Assembly: GCA_905233625.1 (NCBI GenBank) | Contig: CAJOFJ010000004.1 | Span: forward strand, 3,130 to 67,129 | Length of the DNA: 64,000 nt | Source of the DNA: an uncultured Bacteroidales bacterium | GTDB lineage: Bacteria; Bacteroidota; Bacteroidia; Bacteroidales; WCHB1-69 | Reading direction: 5' to 3' | In this document: one piece after another, positions 9,058 through 19,360 of the stretch | Position numbering within the stretch: the stretch's first letter is position 1 | How the letters are laid out: every line of letters starts with the position of its first letter | Notes under the pieces: generated by a model | Databases searched by the model: none | What the model was told of the DNA's origin: nothing | The model's input: the letters and a program-made list of their open reading frames with translations, nothing else | Translations under genes and position numbers: made by a program

Positions 9058-11046
9058 ATGAAAAAGTTACTATCTATCGCTCTGTTAATCTTGTGTTTAA
9101 CATTATTCCAAAGTGTATCTGCACAAATAAACAGCGGAATTCTACCACAGAGTGTAGTGGCACAATTATCTGAAAACAACGTACCACAATACGATGTGGC
9201 CACTCCTGACCTGAAGGCGTTTCAAGCCAAAAACGATGCTTCTTTCAATAATGGAACACTCTTTAAAGTTGCCATTGTTGTTCCTTTGCAACTTAGCACC
9301 GAAAATTCGGGTATTTGGGAACACACCGACGACGGATATGACATTTGGCGTCTCAAATTACACAATGAAAACGCATTGGGATGCTGCGTATTATTCGACC
9401 ATTTCATGTTACCGGAAGGTTCGCAATTTTTCGCATACAATAGCGATAAATCCTTAATATATGGTCCTTATACCCATGAGGATAATCCCTCTGGCGAGGA
9501 ATACAGCAGTAATTTGTTCGTCAATGGCGATGTGATTTTGGAATATATTTCACCCCGACACCAGCTCAATTCATCAGATGCTCCCAACATTTCCATTGCC
9601 GGCTATAACTACTTTTTCCGTTCCGAAGGTCTTCCTGATCACAGGGTTCAAGGCAGCAAAGACGGTGATACGGGTTATGGTGCTTCCCAAAGCTGTATGA
9701 TCAACATCAACTGTTCGGAAGGTGACAACTGGAGAGTTCAGCAAAGAGGTGTTGCTCGCATGTTATGTTATGGCATGGAAGATGGTTCTATTGTTAGCGG
9801 CTGGTGTTCAGGTACCCTGATTAACAACACTATGGGCGATGGAATCCCCTACTTTTTAACTGCTAACCACTGTGCTGATGGTTGCCCAACCTCACCTACC
9901 AACTACTGGAACTATTTCCAATTCTTTTTCAACTATGAATGCCCCTATTGCACATGCAATTCTGAGCCTGGCAAAATAACCTATAACGGATGTACAAAAA
10001 TTGCCAACAGTCCTATCACAGGAGGTTCGGACTTTCTGCTGTTAAAAATTAATGGCAAGACATGGACCAATCTTAAACAAGATGGTTTAGTGATGAATGG
10101 TTGGAACAAAACTTCTTATTCCTCCAACAATGCCCCCACTTCCGGTGTATCTATCCATCATCCCGCAGGTGATGTGAAGAAAATTTCCACGTATAACACT
10201 CGATTGACCTCCGATCAATTCTCTGGTGGTGCAACCAATGCATACTGGAATGTGGCATGGGCACAAACCGCACACGGAAGAAGTGTAACTGAGGGTGGTT
10301 CATCCGGTTCTCCCTTGTTCAATACCGAAGGTTTGGTAATTGGCACTCTTACTGGAGGAAGTTCTTCTTGTACTAACTATTATGGCCGTGAACTGTATGG
10401 TAAAGTGTCATACCATTGGTCTTCAGCAGGTTCTACCAATGACAAAAAATTACAACCTTGGTTAGATCCTATTCCTCTCTCTCAAAGTACTTGCAACTAT
10501 CTTGATTTTACCAGTGGTTTATACACTATACCAGCTGCCCACATCTTCAATGCCAATACCACCAGTGGTTTCAATTTCTTGGTTTATAGTAACGGACCAT
10601 GGACATTGTCTTATTTGAATGATCACAGCTGGTTTACAACCAGTACAGAATCCGGTACAGGTAATAGTGTTATTACTGTCTCCTGCCAAGCTAACACAAA
10701 TACTATTTCCCGCCGTGGTACCATGCTGATTACTAAATCCGACGGCTCCACTTTCCAAATTACTGTGAAACAAGAAGGAGCAGCCTCCGGTATTTCAGTT
10801 ATTGCCGAGAATGAGTTCACTATTTACCCGAACCCTGCTCACGACCAAATCAATATCGAATCTGTGGATCATTTTATCACCAAAGTGGAAATCATCGATA
10901 TGTTAGGCAAGGTGGTCTATAGCTATAATACCAATGGTGCCAACTCCTTGACACTGCCTGTCAGCCAATTGGAAAACGCCATGTATCTGATACGTATGAC
11001 CACAGTGGACAACGAAGTGGTGTATAAGAAATTCTCGAAAAATTAA
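9058..11046 (+). CDS. T9SS-secreted trypsin-like (lysyl-endopeptidase-like, S1) serine peptidase with BACON-like domain and type A C-terminal sorting domain
   Basis: Likely start ATG 9058 (MKKLLSIALL, signal peptide); triad motifs TANHC, SDFLLL, EGGSSGSPL; C-terminal IYPNPAHD...IIDMLGK...KKFSKN. Confidence 0.88.
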   Translation: MKKLLSIALLILCLTLFQSVSAQINSGILPQSVVAQLSENNVPQYDVATPDLKAFQAKNDASFNNGTLFKVAIVVPLQLSTENSGIWEHTDDGYDIWRLKLHNENALGCCVLFDHFMLPEGSQFFAYNSDKSLIYGPYTHEDNPSGEEYSSNLFVNGDVILEYISPRHQLNSSDAPNISIAGYNYFFRSEGLPDHRVQGSKDGDTGYGASQSCMININCSEGDNWRVQQRGVARMLCYGMEDGSIVSGWCSGTLINNTMGDGIPYFLTANHCADGCPTSPTNYWNYFQFFFNYECPYCTCNSEPGKITYNGCTKIANSPITGGSDFLLLKINGKTWTNLKQDGLVMNGWNKTSYSSNNAPTSGVSIHHPAGDVKKISTYNTRLTSDQFSGGATNAYWNVAWAQTAHGRSVTEGGSSGSPLFNTEGLVIGTLTGGSSSCTNYYGRELYGKVSYHWSSAGSTNDKKLQPWLDPIPLSQSTCNYLDFTSGLYTIPAAHIFNANTTSGFNFLVYSNGPWTLSYLNDHSWFTTSTESGTGNSVITVSCQANTNTISRRGTMLITKSDGSTFQITVKQEGAASGISVIAENEFTIYPNPAHDQINIESVDHFITKVEIIDMLGKVVYSYNTNGANSLTLPVSQLENAMYLIRMTTVDNEVVYKKFSKN

Positions 11047-11057
11047 TATCAAAAAAA

Positions 11058-11160
11058 GTAGAGACGTTTCATGAAAAGTCTCTACATATAATTCAGAATT
11101 CAAAATTCAAGAATAAATTATCCCCTAATATAGAGATGCAAAAAAATTGCATCTCTATAT
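11058..11160. repeat. Two GTAG/TAGAG-type palindromes (REP-like; probable bidirectional terminator) with AATTCAR heptamers between
   Basis: GTAGAGACGTTTCATGAAAAGTCTCTAC (11058-11085) and ATATAGAGATGCAA-aaaaa-TTGCATCTCTATAT (11128-11160) between convergent genes. Confidence 0.7.
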
Positions 11161-11163
11161 TTT

Positions 11164-12366
11164 TTACAACAACATGTTTTTTGCCCTATAGACGGCCTCG
11201 TAGAGGTCGTCTATTTCTTTTTTGTCGTTGTATATAGCAAAGGATGCCCTGACGGTTCCGGGAATTCCGAAATGATCCATAATGGGCTGAGTGCAGTGAT
11301 GTCCTGTACGAACAGCCACCCCCAATTTATCAATAATAGCCCCGATATCAGAAGGATGGATTTTATCGATATTGAAAGAAACGATAGCCGCTTTCCGCGC
11401 TGCCTGACCATAAATACGAAGACCTTCAATACTTGACAAACGCTCTTCCGCATAGTCCAGCAATTCCTTCTCGTAGGCGGCAATATTCTCCATACCAATA
11501 GTCTCCATATATTCTATCGCTGCCTTCAATCCCATGGCATCGCCCACACTGGGAGTGCCCGCCTCAAACTTGAACGGCAAATCATTATAAGTGGTTTTGG
11601 CAAAGGTCACCTGCTTGATCATCTCTCCCCCACCCTGGTAGGGTTTCATCTTATTTAGCCATTCCTCCTTGCCATACATCACTCCGATACCCATAGGCGC
11701 ATACATTTTATGTCCCGAAAAACAGTAAAAATCGCAATCCAAGGCCTGGACATCCACTTTGCAATGGGAAACTGCCTGAGCTCCGTCCAGCAGCACAGGA
11801 ACACCCTTTTTGTGAGCTATTTCAACAATTTCCTTTACCGGGTTGACCGTTCCCAGAGAATTAGACACGTGTGTCACCGCCAGCATCTTGGTTTTGGGCG
11901 TAATCAGCTGGTCAAGCTGCTCTATACATAACTCGCCTTTTTCGTTGAAAGGAAGCACTTTCAGCACACAGCCACGGTCCTCGCATAAAAACTGCCAAGG
12001 CACAATATTGGCATGGTGCTCCATCTCACTTACAACAATCTCATCACCTTCGTGCAGAAAAGTTCGCCCAAAGGAAGCCGCCACCAGATTCATGGAATCC
12101 GTGGCTCCACGAGTGAAAATAATCTCATAGGCATGGCGGGCGTTGATAAAGCGGCGCACTGCCTCGCGGGCAGCCTCAAACTCATCGGTAGCCCGCTGGC
12201 TCAGATAATGCACTCCACGGTGAATATTGCTGTTGATGGTCTCATAATACGCCTTCAACGTGTCGATCACCACCTGCGGTTTCTGCGTGGTGGCGGCATT
12301 GTCAAGATAAACCAACTGGCGACCGTAAATTTTCTGGTCTAAAATCTTAAAATCCTCTCTATTCAT
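11164..12366 (-). CDS. sufS: Cysteine desulfurase, SufS family
   Basis: VYLDNAATTQKP, NIHRGVH, FSGHKMY (PLP lysine), VRTGHHC; likely start 12366 (MNREDF). Confidence 0.95.
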   Translation of the reverse strand: MNREDFKILDQKIYGRQLVYLDNAATTQKPQVVIDTLKAYYETINSNIHRGVHYLSQRATDEFEAAREAVRRFINARHAYEIIFTRGATDSMNLVAASFGRTFLHEGDEIVVSEMEHHANIVPWQFLCEDRGCVLKVLPFNEKGELCIEQLDQLITPKTKMLAVTHVSNSLGTVNPVKEIVEIAHKKGVPVLLDGAQAVSHCKVDVQALDCDFYCFSGHKMYAPMGIGVMYGKEEWLNKMKPYQGGGEMIKQVTFAKTTYNDLPFKFEAGTPSVGDAMGLKAAIEYMETIGMENIAAYEKELLDYAEERLSSIEGLRIYGQAARKAAIVSFNIDKIHPSDIGAIIDKLGVAVRTGHHCTQPIMDHFGIPGTVRASFAIYNDKKEIDDLYEAVYRAKNMLL

Positions 12367-12868
12367 CTTCGTCATCTTCGTCATTAAGCTCCTCATAATC
12401 AGAGAACTTATTACTATTTTGCTGAAGCATCAAAGCCTCTCGCATCAGCAACCAATAACAAGCGATAACCAGTATCGTGGTAAAAATACTCATCCAATTC
12501 ATGGTCAAAGCCCCTTTTATCACCAGATTGCTCATCACAAACAGCCAGATTTGGGCGATAACATACAAATGAAAACCGACTTTATTGATTTTCAGCATCA
12601 AAGCGGCACCCACCACGGCCAAAGCGTAACCTAAAGACAGTAAAAGATACTGCCATGAAGGCACTTCCGCCATTTTTTGCATGGCCTCAATCATTTCATT
12701 CGGCATTCCCATGTTCTCATACATCTCAATTACCGACGGCAACATTCCTGAAGTAAAGGAAAGCATGAAATAACCCAGGAAGGAGAAACCTGAGAAAATG
12801 AAAGTCAGTACTGCCAGTACTACCAACCATGGTGAGCGAGTGCGCTTGTTTTCGTTAAAAGGATCCAT
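12359..12868 (-). CDS. Hypothetical membrane protein (~4 TM, acidic C-terminal tail)
   Basis: Hydrophobic segments; overlaps both tilS and sufS (operonic). Confidence 0.75.
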   Translation of the reverse strand: MDPFNENKRTRSPWLVVLAVLTFIFSGFSFLGYFMLSFTSGMLPSVIEMYENMGMPNEMIEAMQKMAEVPSWQYLLLSLGYALAVVGAALMLKINKVGFHLYVIAQIWLFVMSNLVIKGALTMNWMSIFTTILVIACYWLLMREALMLQQNSNKFSDYEELNDEDDEDE

Positions 12869-14174
12869 AATATTGAATTTTATAATAATTATCGGTTTGA
12901 TGATCTATCTTGAATCTGTTATCACCGCGGAGCCCTACCAGCCAAACGATTTTATCGGCAGAACACAAGACAGGTACATGCTGTTTTTCTAATAAATTGA
13001 CTTTTTGATCGATAAAAAAATCGCTCAATTTCTTGCTACCCTGCATACCAAAGGGACAGAAACGGTCTCCCTCGTGCCAGTGGCGCAAAGTCAGCGGAAA
13101 GACCAGCTTTTTCGCATCCACATACAAAACATCAGAATCGGAGGTAAAAGCGGGAGCAACGCTGATCGGAAACTTCTCCACCGTGAAGCCCAGAGCTTTC
13201 AAATCCTCTATCGTTTCAATCTTTTTCTCTCCCTGTTGAGCAATCGACAAAGGACTGACAAGAAGAGATTTTCTATCTTTTACTACCTGATAATGAGACG
13301 AATAGAAACGTTTTCCGGCAGATTTTTCCAACGAATCCAGAATTTGCATCACCTCAGGAGCGTTAAAGCCATAATCCTTCAAAACTTCGAATAAAACCAG
13401 CGCCGGATCTTCACACTTAGACAGTTCGTCTATCGAAATGCGCACCACCTCACCCTCTTCAGCAAGCATTGTGGATTTAAGCTCATCCATCCGCTGCTGG
13501 TAAAAACGATATTGGCGTTTCAACAAATCTATATTGCGTGAAAAGGTGGAAATCAGTTCCGGATTCAACTCCTCCAATTTAGGCAGCACAGAATGCCTGA
13601 TTTTATTGCGCTGGAAGGCCTCGGAATCGTTGGAGGCGTCATTTCTATATGCTATACCCTTTTCGGCGGCAAAACGCCTGATTTGAGCCGAAGAGAAATG
13701 CAATAACGGGCGAAGTAGTGTGGTGGTTTTTTCCGGAATAGCCGTCAATCCCTTCAGACCCGTTCCCCGGGTCATATTCAGGAGAAAAGTCTCGGCATTG
13801 TCATTGGCATTATGGGCGGTCACCACGTAATCGAAATCGCCAGAAATTTTCGCGAACCACTGATATCGCAGCTCACGGGCAGCCATCTCAAGCGACAAGC
13901 CATGCTGTTTCTGGTAGTCCAGCGTGTCGAATTCCTGCTCAAAATACCGCACTCCATAATTCTCAGCCATGTCGCGAACCAGCAGCATATCTTTGTCCGA
14001 CTGTTCGCCCCGCAAGTGAAAATTGCAATGCGCAATGGCAAAGTCAAATCCGCAATGACGGAAAAGCCATGCCATCACCGAGGAATCTGCGCCGCCACTT
14101 ACCGCCAGCAAATATTTTTTCTCCTGTGCAAGGGGTACTAATTGTTCAATATGTTGTCGAAACTGTTCTACCAT
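12855..14174 (-). CDS. tilS: tRNA(Ile)-lysidine synthetase
   Basis: LAVSGGADS PP-loop, AHCNFHLRG, ARELRYQWF, TAHNANDNAETF, RNKIRH, C-terminal KKLSDFF. Confidence 0.95.
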   Translation of the reverse strand: MVEQFRQHIEQLVPLAQEKKYLLAVSGGADSSVMAWLFRHCGFDFAIAHCNFHLRGEQSDKDMLLVRDMAENYGVRYFEQEFDTLDYQKQHGLSLEMAARELRYQWFAKISGDFDYVVTAHNANDNAETFLLNMTRGTGLKGLTAIPEKTTTLLRPLLHFSSAQIRRFAAEKGIAYRNDASNDSEAFQRNKIRHSVLPKLEELNPELISTFSRNIDLLKRQYRFYQQRMDELKSTMLAEEGEVVRISIDELSKCEDPALVLFEVLKDYGFNAPEVMQILDSLEKSAGKRFYSSHYQVVKDRKSLLVSPLSIAQQGEKKIETIEDLKALGFTVEKFPISVAPAFTSDSDVLYVDAKKLVFPLTLRHWHEGDRFCPFGMQGSKKLSDFFIDQKVNLLEKQHVPVLCSADKIVWLVGLRGDNRFKIDHQTDNYYKIQYYGSF

Positions 14175-14184
14175 AATTCGGCTA

Positions 14185-14192
14185 CAAAATTA
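14185..14192 (-). promoter_or_regulatory. -7 promoter element for the tilS operon
   Basis: TAATTTTG on the minus strand just upstream of tilS. Confidence 0.5.
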
Positions 14193-14216
14193 CAAAATAT
14201 TCGCCGACTTTCATAC

Positions 14217-14250
14217 AAAAAAGGGCAGTTCGTTACCGACCACCCTTTTT
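14217..14250 (-). terminator. Intrinsic terminator after nrdJ
   Basis: Minus-strand stem AAGGGTGGT/ACTGCCCTT followed by a T run. Confidence 0.65.
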
Positions 14251-14278
14251 CAATTTATTAACCCCATTAAAAAAATGA

Positions 14279-17017
14279 TTACGAACCACATTTGGAGTAG
14301 CCACAGTTGGAGCAGCACAGACAGCCCTCCTTGTACTCCATGGTATTTTCCTGACCGCATTTCGGGCAGACAGCGCCTTTGGCTTTCGTGCCATCGCGGA
14401 GGAATTTCTTCAGGGCGCGAATCACACCATTCTTCCATGAGTTGATGGACTCCTCGCGGAAATTCAGACCGGAAATAATGTTGATGATGCTTTCCATCGG
14501 GATTTCGTGTCTCAGCAAAGCGGAAATCATCTTGGCATAATTCCAGAATTCAGGATTAAAGGTACGGGACAAGCCTTTCATCAGCACTTCATAACCGTCT
14601 TTGTCGTAGTATTGGAAATCGTATGTTTTCGTACCATCCTCATGACGGTTTTTGATGATGAAACCTGATTCCACCCATTTCGGAATAACAAAGCGGTCGC
14701 TCTCGGTCTTACCCGTGAAAATCTCATACGGGCGACCATCGCGCAGACCCACGAAAGCTATCCAGTCCTCGCAATTATTTTTGAATCTCACCACTTCGGC
14801 AGGCAAAGAGGTGGGTCGTTTGTAATTCTTCGGCTGTTCGGCAGGCTTCTCCTCTTCTTTCTTGGTGATGGTGTTCAGCACACCATCGCGAGAACCCTCA
14901 CGATAAACGGTCATGCCCTTGCAACCCACTTCCCAAGCTTTAACATACAGGCCTGCCACCGTTTCCTCGGTAGTGTCGGCAGGCAAATTCACGGTAACGG
15001 AAATGGAGTGATCTACCCATTTCTGCACCATACCCTGCAATTCCACTTTTTTCAAATAATCAGTGTCGGCAGCGGTGGACTTGTAATAAGGAGACTTTTC
15101 CACCAAAGCCAGGATAGCATCTCTATCCATCGCTTCCAGTTCCTCCTTGCTGATACCCTGAACCGCGGCCCAGTCAATGAATTTCGGATGGAAGACCATG
15201 TATTCCTCGAAAAGATCGCCCACGGTATCACGCACGGTTTTTCTGCGGTTCATATCGTTAGGATTCACCTTTCTTCTTCGCATATACACCACATTGAAGA
15301 CCGGTTCGATACCGGAAGTGGTTTGAGTACAAATACTCACGCTTCCAGTAGGCGCGATGGTCAGCAACGCGATATTTCTACGGCCGTAACGGATCATGTC
15401 TTCATATAACTTTTCGTCGGCGGCTTTCAGACGCAGCACGAACGGATTGCGGCTTTCCTTGATGCAGCTATACACCGGGAAAGCACCTCTTTCGCGGGCC
15501 ATGGTAACAGAAGAACGATAAGCGGCCAATGCCAATTGTTTGTGGACCTCTGTTGAGAAAGCGTTGCCATGATCGGAACCATACTGGATGTTCAGAGCTG
15601 CCAGCATATCGCCTTCGGCAGTGATACCCAGACCGGTACGGCGACCCTTCAGGGACTGCTTTTTGATTTTGTTCCACAACTCCAGTTCCACACGTTTGAT
15701 ATCGTCGGTTTCGGGGTCACTCTTGATTTTGGCAATGATCTTTTCGATTTTTTCCAATTCCAAGTCGATGATATCATCCATCAGACGCTGAGCGTACTGT
15801 ACATGCTGGCGAAACAGCGGCATGTTGAAGCTGGCCTGTTCGGTGAATGGATTATCCACATAGCTGTACAGGTTCATAGCAATCAGACGGCAGCTGTCGT
15901 AAGGACACAACGGAATTTCGCCGCAGGGATTGGTGGAGACGGTCAGGAAGCCTTCATCAGCATAGCAGTCGGGAATAGCTTCTTTGTGGATGGTATCCCA
16001 GAACAGCACTCCTGGTTCTGCGGATTTCCATGCGTTATGGGTAATTTTCTGCCACAACTTGGCCGCATCGATTTCCTGTTTGAATTTCGGATTGGGGGAA
16101 TCGATAGGATACTGTTGCACGTAAGGTTTGCCTGTTCTCACGCATTCCATGAACTCATCGTCGATACGCACAGACACGTTTGCGCCGGTAATTCTACCCT
16201 CTGTCATTTTGGCATCTATGAAGCGCTCGGCATCGGGATGTTTGATAGAGATGGACAACATCAAGGCACCACGGCGTCCATCCTGGGCCACCTCGCGGGT
16301 GGAGTTGGAGTATCTCTCCATGAAAGGTACCACACCGGTAGAGGAGATAGCGCAGTTCTGCACCTTGCTACCTGTGGGACGAATATGGGACAAATCGTGA
16401 CCCACGCCGCCACGACGTTTCATCAACTGCACTTGTTCCTCATCCATTTTCATAATACCACCATACGAGTCGGAACGGGCGTCGTTACCGATAACAAAGC
16501 AATTGGATAAAGACGAAATCTGGAAATTGTTACCGATACCGGCCATTGGGCTACCCTGAGGAATGACGTATTTGAAATGATCAAAAAGCGAGAAAATCAG
16601 TTCTTCACTCATCGGGTTGGCATATTTTCTCTCGATACGGGCAAACTCACGTGCCATACGACGGTGCATATCTTCAGGACTTTTCTCCATCAGCTTGCCC
16701 TCATCGTTTTTAAGGGCGTATTTGTCAATCCATACACCAGCAGCCAATTCATCCCCGTTGAAATATTTCACCACATCCTGGAATATCTCATCTTTCTCAT
16801 AAACCCGCATCGGCTTCTTCTCCATCTGCTCCACTGTTTTCTCCTCTTCTTGCAGGCTGCCCATGACCAGCTCTTCCAGATCATCGAACTGCATTTTCTC
16901 CAAGCCGCTCTCACGGCTCTCAATCAGGGCCTGCTGATTGTCTTTTTTCTGAACGTCCACCTTCTCTAAGGTTTCCGAAATTTTCAGCTCATCAAATAGT
17001 GATAAATCTTTATCCAT
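14279..17017 (-). CDS. nrdJ: Adenosylcobalamin-dependent (class II) ribonucleotide reductase
   Basis: SLSNCFV, RRGGVG, STNPCGEIPL, TIAPTGS, VDHSISVTVN, C-terminal CPKCG...CSNCGYSKC; start uncertain (17017 chosen). Confidence 0.93.
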   Translation of the reverse strand: MDKDLSLFDELKISETLEKVDVQKKDNQQALIESRESGLEKMQFDDLEELVMGSLQEEEKTVEQMEKKPMRVYEKDEIFQDVVKYFNGDELAAGVWIDKYALKNDEGKLMEKSPEDMHRRMAREFARIERKYANPMSEELIFSLFDHFKYVIPQGSPMAGIGNNFQISSLSNCFVIGNDARSDSYGGIMKMDEEQVQLMKRRGGVGHDLSHIRPTGSKVQNCAISSTGVVPFMERYSNSTREVAQDGRRGALMLSISIKHPDAERFIDAKMTEGRITGANVSVRIDDEFMECVRTGKPYVQQYPIDSPNPKFKQEIDAAKLWQKITHNAWKSAEPGVLFWDTIHKEAIPDCYADEGFLTVSTNPCGEIPLCPYDSCRLIAMNLYSYVDNPFTEQASFNMPLFRQHVQYAQRLMDDIIDLELEKIEKIIAKIKSDPETDDIKRVELELWNKIKKQSLKGRRTGLGITAEGDMLAALNIQYGSDHGNAFSTEVHKQLALAAYRSSVTMARERGAFPVYSCIKESRNPFVLRLKAADEKLYEDMIRYGRRNIALLTIAPTGSVSICTQTTSGIEPVFNVVYMRRRKVNPNDMNRRKTVRDTVGDLFEEYMVFHPKFIDWAAVQGISKEELEAMDRDAILALVEKSPYYKSTAADTDYLKKVELQGMVQKWVDHSISVTVNLPADTTEETVAGLYVKAWEVGCKGMTVYREGSRDGVLNTITKKEEEKPAEQPKNYKRPTSLPAEVVRFKNNCEDWIAFVGLRDGRPYEIFTGKTESDRFVIPKWVESGFIIKNRHEDGTKTYDFQYYDKDGYEVLMKGLSRTFNPEFWNYAKMISALLRHEIPMESIINIISGLNFREESINSWKNGVIRALKKFLRDGTKAKGAVCPKCGQENTMEYKEGCLCCSNCGYSKCGS

Positions 17018-17319
17018 AGAAATACTTGTATTTTTTCCAATAATGTATGTCGTCTTCACCTCTTTTTCATAAAACTGCACAACGCCCATCAATGAAAATT
17101 CAATAACTCATTGAAAGAATGAAAATTAGCTTTACAAAAAATCTCTCTAAAACTCTTTGCTAAAATAAAAAAGTTGCAGGGATTAGAATGTTAAAATTCA
17201 TATTTATTATGAACAAAATGACGTTAATATTTTTATCCTTTGATTATTAGAGAATTAAGAAATTTGTGAAAATAATCGTCATTTTTATGCATAAAAATGT
17301 CTGAAAATTCAAAAAAATT

Positions 17320-18243
17320 TCAGTGCATATTTCGCTCTTTGAAGACTCCATTCTCATACCCCTGGATACGTTGGTTCTCCCCTGCCAAAAGCAATCGTTT
17401 TTCAGCCCAGAGACAATACTCCTCATTCATTTCGATGCCAAGGTATTTACGACCTAACTTCTTGGCCACCACCGAGGTAGTTCCCGAACCCAAAAACGGA
17501 TCGAAGACCAGACCGTCGGGAGGGCAAGAAGCCAGAATCAACTTGGCGATGAGTTTTTCGGGTTTCTGTGTGGGATGGTCAGTATTTTCCGGCATCGACC
17601 AATAGGGGACTGTGATATCATCCCAGAAATTCGACGGGCAAGTGAGGCGGAATTTACCATCTTCCCCTTGTTCCCAATCTTTCGGTACTCCCCCCTCGCG
17701 ATAAGGGGCCAGCACTTTTTTTTTCTGTTTAACCGACTCTAAATCAAAATAATAATCATTTTTATCCTGAACTCCGAACCAGATATCTTCCATGCCGTTC
17801 TTCCAATTCTTGGAAGCCCCCCTGCCCTTCTCGCGCTGCCAGGTGATGCGGTTCATCACCGTCAGATTCTCTTCCATCACCTGCTGCAAGGCCGAAGTGG
17901 ATTTCCAATCACCGCATAAATACAATGAACCGGTGGGTTTCAGCAACTTGCACAACTGAGGAAACCACGAACGCAAGTATTCCAGATACTGGCTTCCCGT
18001 GCTTGCTTTAAACTGGAATCCATTGAAATTTTTAGACAAATTATAGGGCGGATCCACAATAATCAAGTCAGCCATTTGTGACGGCAGCTGCGACAACAGC
18101 AACAGAGTATCCCCCTGTATCGTTCTGTTAATCAAATCAGTATCATTCTTGACCTGATGGGCGGACAATAGACGTGACCGGAGAGAAATTCTCTCCTGCT
18201 CTGTCAGGGTTAAAGTTTGGTTGCGGGGAGCCCTTTCTTTCAT
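17320..18243 (-). CDS. Orphan site-specific DNA methyltransferase (N6-A/N4-C, beta motif order)
   Basis: DPPY (motif IV) precedes HPTQKP and FDPFLGSGTT (motif I); no adjacent endonuclease gene. Confidence 0.9.
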   Translation of the reverse strand: MKERAPRNQTLTLTEQERISLRSRLLSAHQVKNDTDLINRTIQGDTLLLLSQLPSQMADLIIVDPPYNLSKNFNGFQFKASTGSQYLEYLRSWFPQLCKLLKPTGSLYLCGDWKSTSALQQVMEENLTVMNRITWQREKGRGASKNWKNGMEDIWFGVQDKNDYYFDLESVKQKKKVLAPYREGGVPKDWEQGEDGKFRLTCPSNFWDDITVPYWSMPENTDHPTQKPEKLIAKLILASCPPDGLVFDPFLGSGTTSVVAKKLGRKYLGIEMNEEYCLWAEKRLLLAGENQRIQGYENGVFKERNMH

Positions 18244-18260
18244 AAGCAACGTAAGAAAAG

Positions 18261-19118
18261 CTATTCGGAAGTGGCAAATTTGTCCACAATCTGTTCGGAG
18301 TAGGTTTTAGACACCGGCAGCGGTTCCACCTCCTCGTTGTCGAAATTGATAAACAGGCCGTCTTTCTCCTTGCTAATCATTTTAATCTTCTGCATATTAA
18401 CAATATACGAACGATGACTACGACAGAAGCCCTTGTTTTTCAACTGTTCTTCCAAATCCTTCAGATTACCACGAAGCATATAATGGAAGAGATGTCCATT
18501 ATCCATATAATATATATTAACATAATTATCTGCTGACGCCAGGTAATACACATTCGCCAGCAAGATGGACAACTTCAATCTTCCCTTTTCATCGCAGAAA
18601 TTGAAGACCTCATCCACATGAGTATAAGGTTTATTATCCCAAAACTCCTTTTTATCGAGCAAACTGTTCAATTTATTATTCTTTTCTTTCAGAGAATAAT
18701 ATAAATAAGACACTAAATACGGAATAAAAAGGATAGAAGGCACGAAAACAAGCGCTCTTTTGAAAATATCCTCAAAAGGACGCGTATCCTGGAGTGCGAA
18801 TTTATTGAAAACTGAATAAACGAAGACAATAAATATGATTTCCGACGCAATCCACAACACATATTGCAAGATAGAGATACGATCGCGACGGCATACTGCC
18901 CACAAGATCAAACGACTCAGCACCAAAATGGACACACAGCCCAGAACGGTGATGGAAGCATAGACCATTTTCATCACATCATCATTGGACTGGTACCAAC
19001 TGGTAAGGCCGAAGGGGGTATAAATGGAAACAAACGCAATGGAAAATACCAAAACGAAAAGCAGCATCTGGATGTTGATGCGGAATTTTGCCAAGTATTC
19101 CGGTATTTTCTGGTTCAT
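18261..19118 (-). CDS. Membrane-anchored LytTR-family transcriptional regulator (~4 TM + LytTR domain)
   Basis: Hydrophobic N-terminal half; YLASADNYVNIYY, FCRSHRSYIVN, LPVSKTY; no receiver domain; start 19118 lies downstream of the -7 motif at 19143-19150. Confidence 0.88.
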   Translation of the reverse strand: MNQKIPEYLAKFRINIQMLLFVLVFSIAFVSIYTPFGLTSWYQSNDDVMKMVYASITVLGCVSILVLSRLILWAVCRRDRISILQYVLWIASEIIFIVFVYSVFNKFALQDTRPFEDIFKRALVFVPSILFIPYLVSYLYYSLKEKNNKLNSLLDKKEFWDNKPYTHVDEVFNFCDEKGRLKLSILLANVYYLASADNYVNIYYMDNGHLFHYMLRGNLKDLEEQLKNKGFCRSHRSYIVNMQKIKMISKEKDGLFINFDNEEVEPLPVSKTYSEQIVDKFATSE

Positions 19119-19160
19119 TATACAATATATTTTAAAGGGTTGCAAAGATACAAAAAAATT

Positions 19161-19261
19161 ATTTCACCCCGTATTTTTAAATTTCGCCCCACAGTATGGA
19201 AATTTCACCCCTCATTTGGAAATTTCACCCCTCATTTGGAAATTTCGCCACATTTAACCCG
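19161..19261. promoter_or_regulatory. Direct-repeat array ATTTC(A/G)CC(C/A)C x5 with 20-21 bp period; candidate LytTR operator
   Basis: Units start at 19161, 19181, 19202, 19222, 19242 (plus degenerate ATTTAACCCG at 19252) in the divergent intergenic region. Confidence 0.75.
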
Positions 19262-19360
19262 CAAACATACCATAAATCCGGGGTCTATCATTTTTTTTCT
19301 TTCTTTTGCATTTTTTATTGGCGGCATTTGACTATAAAATTATCAACATAAACAATAAAC

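Noticed and set aside
17020-17320. Cobalamin riboswitch upstream of nrdJ (or of scpA)
   Set aside because: The region is very AT-rich with no recognisable B12-box or conserved stems; the scpA leader is too short
19161-19261. Possible mini-CRISPR array
   Set aside because: Period is only 20-21 bp, two intervening segments are identical, and no cas genes are present; an operator array fits better
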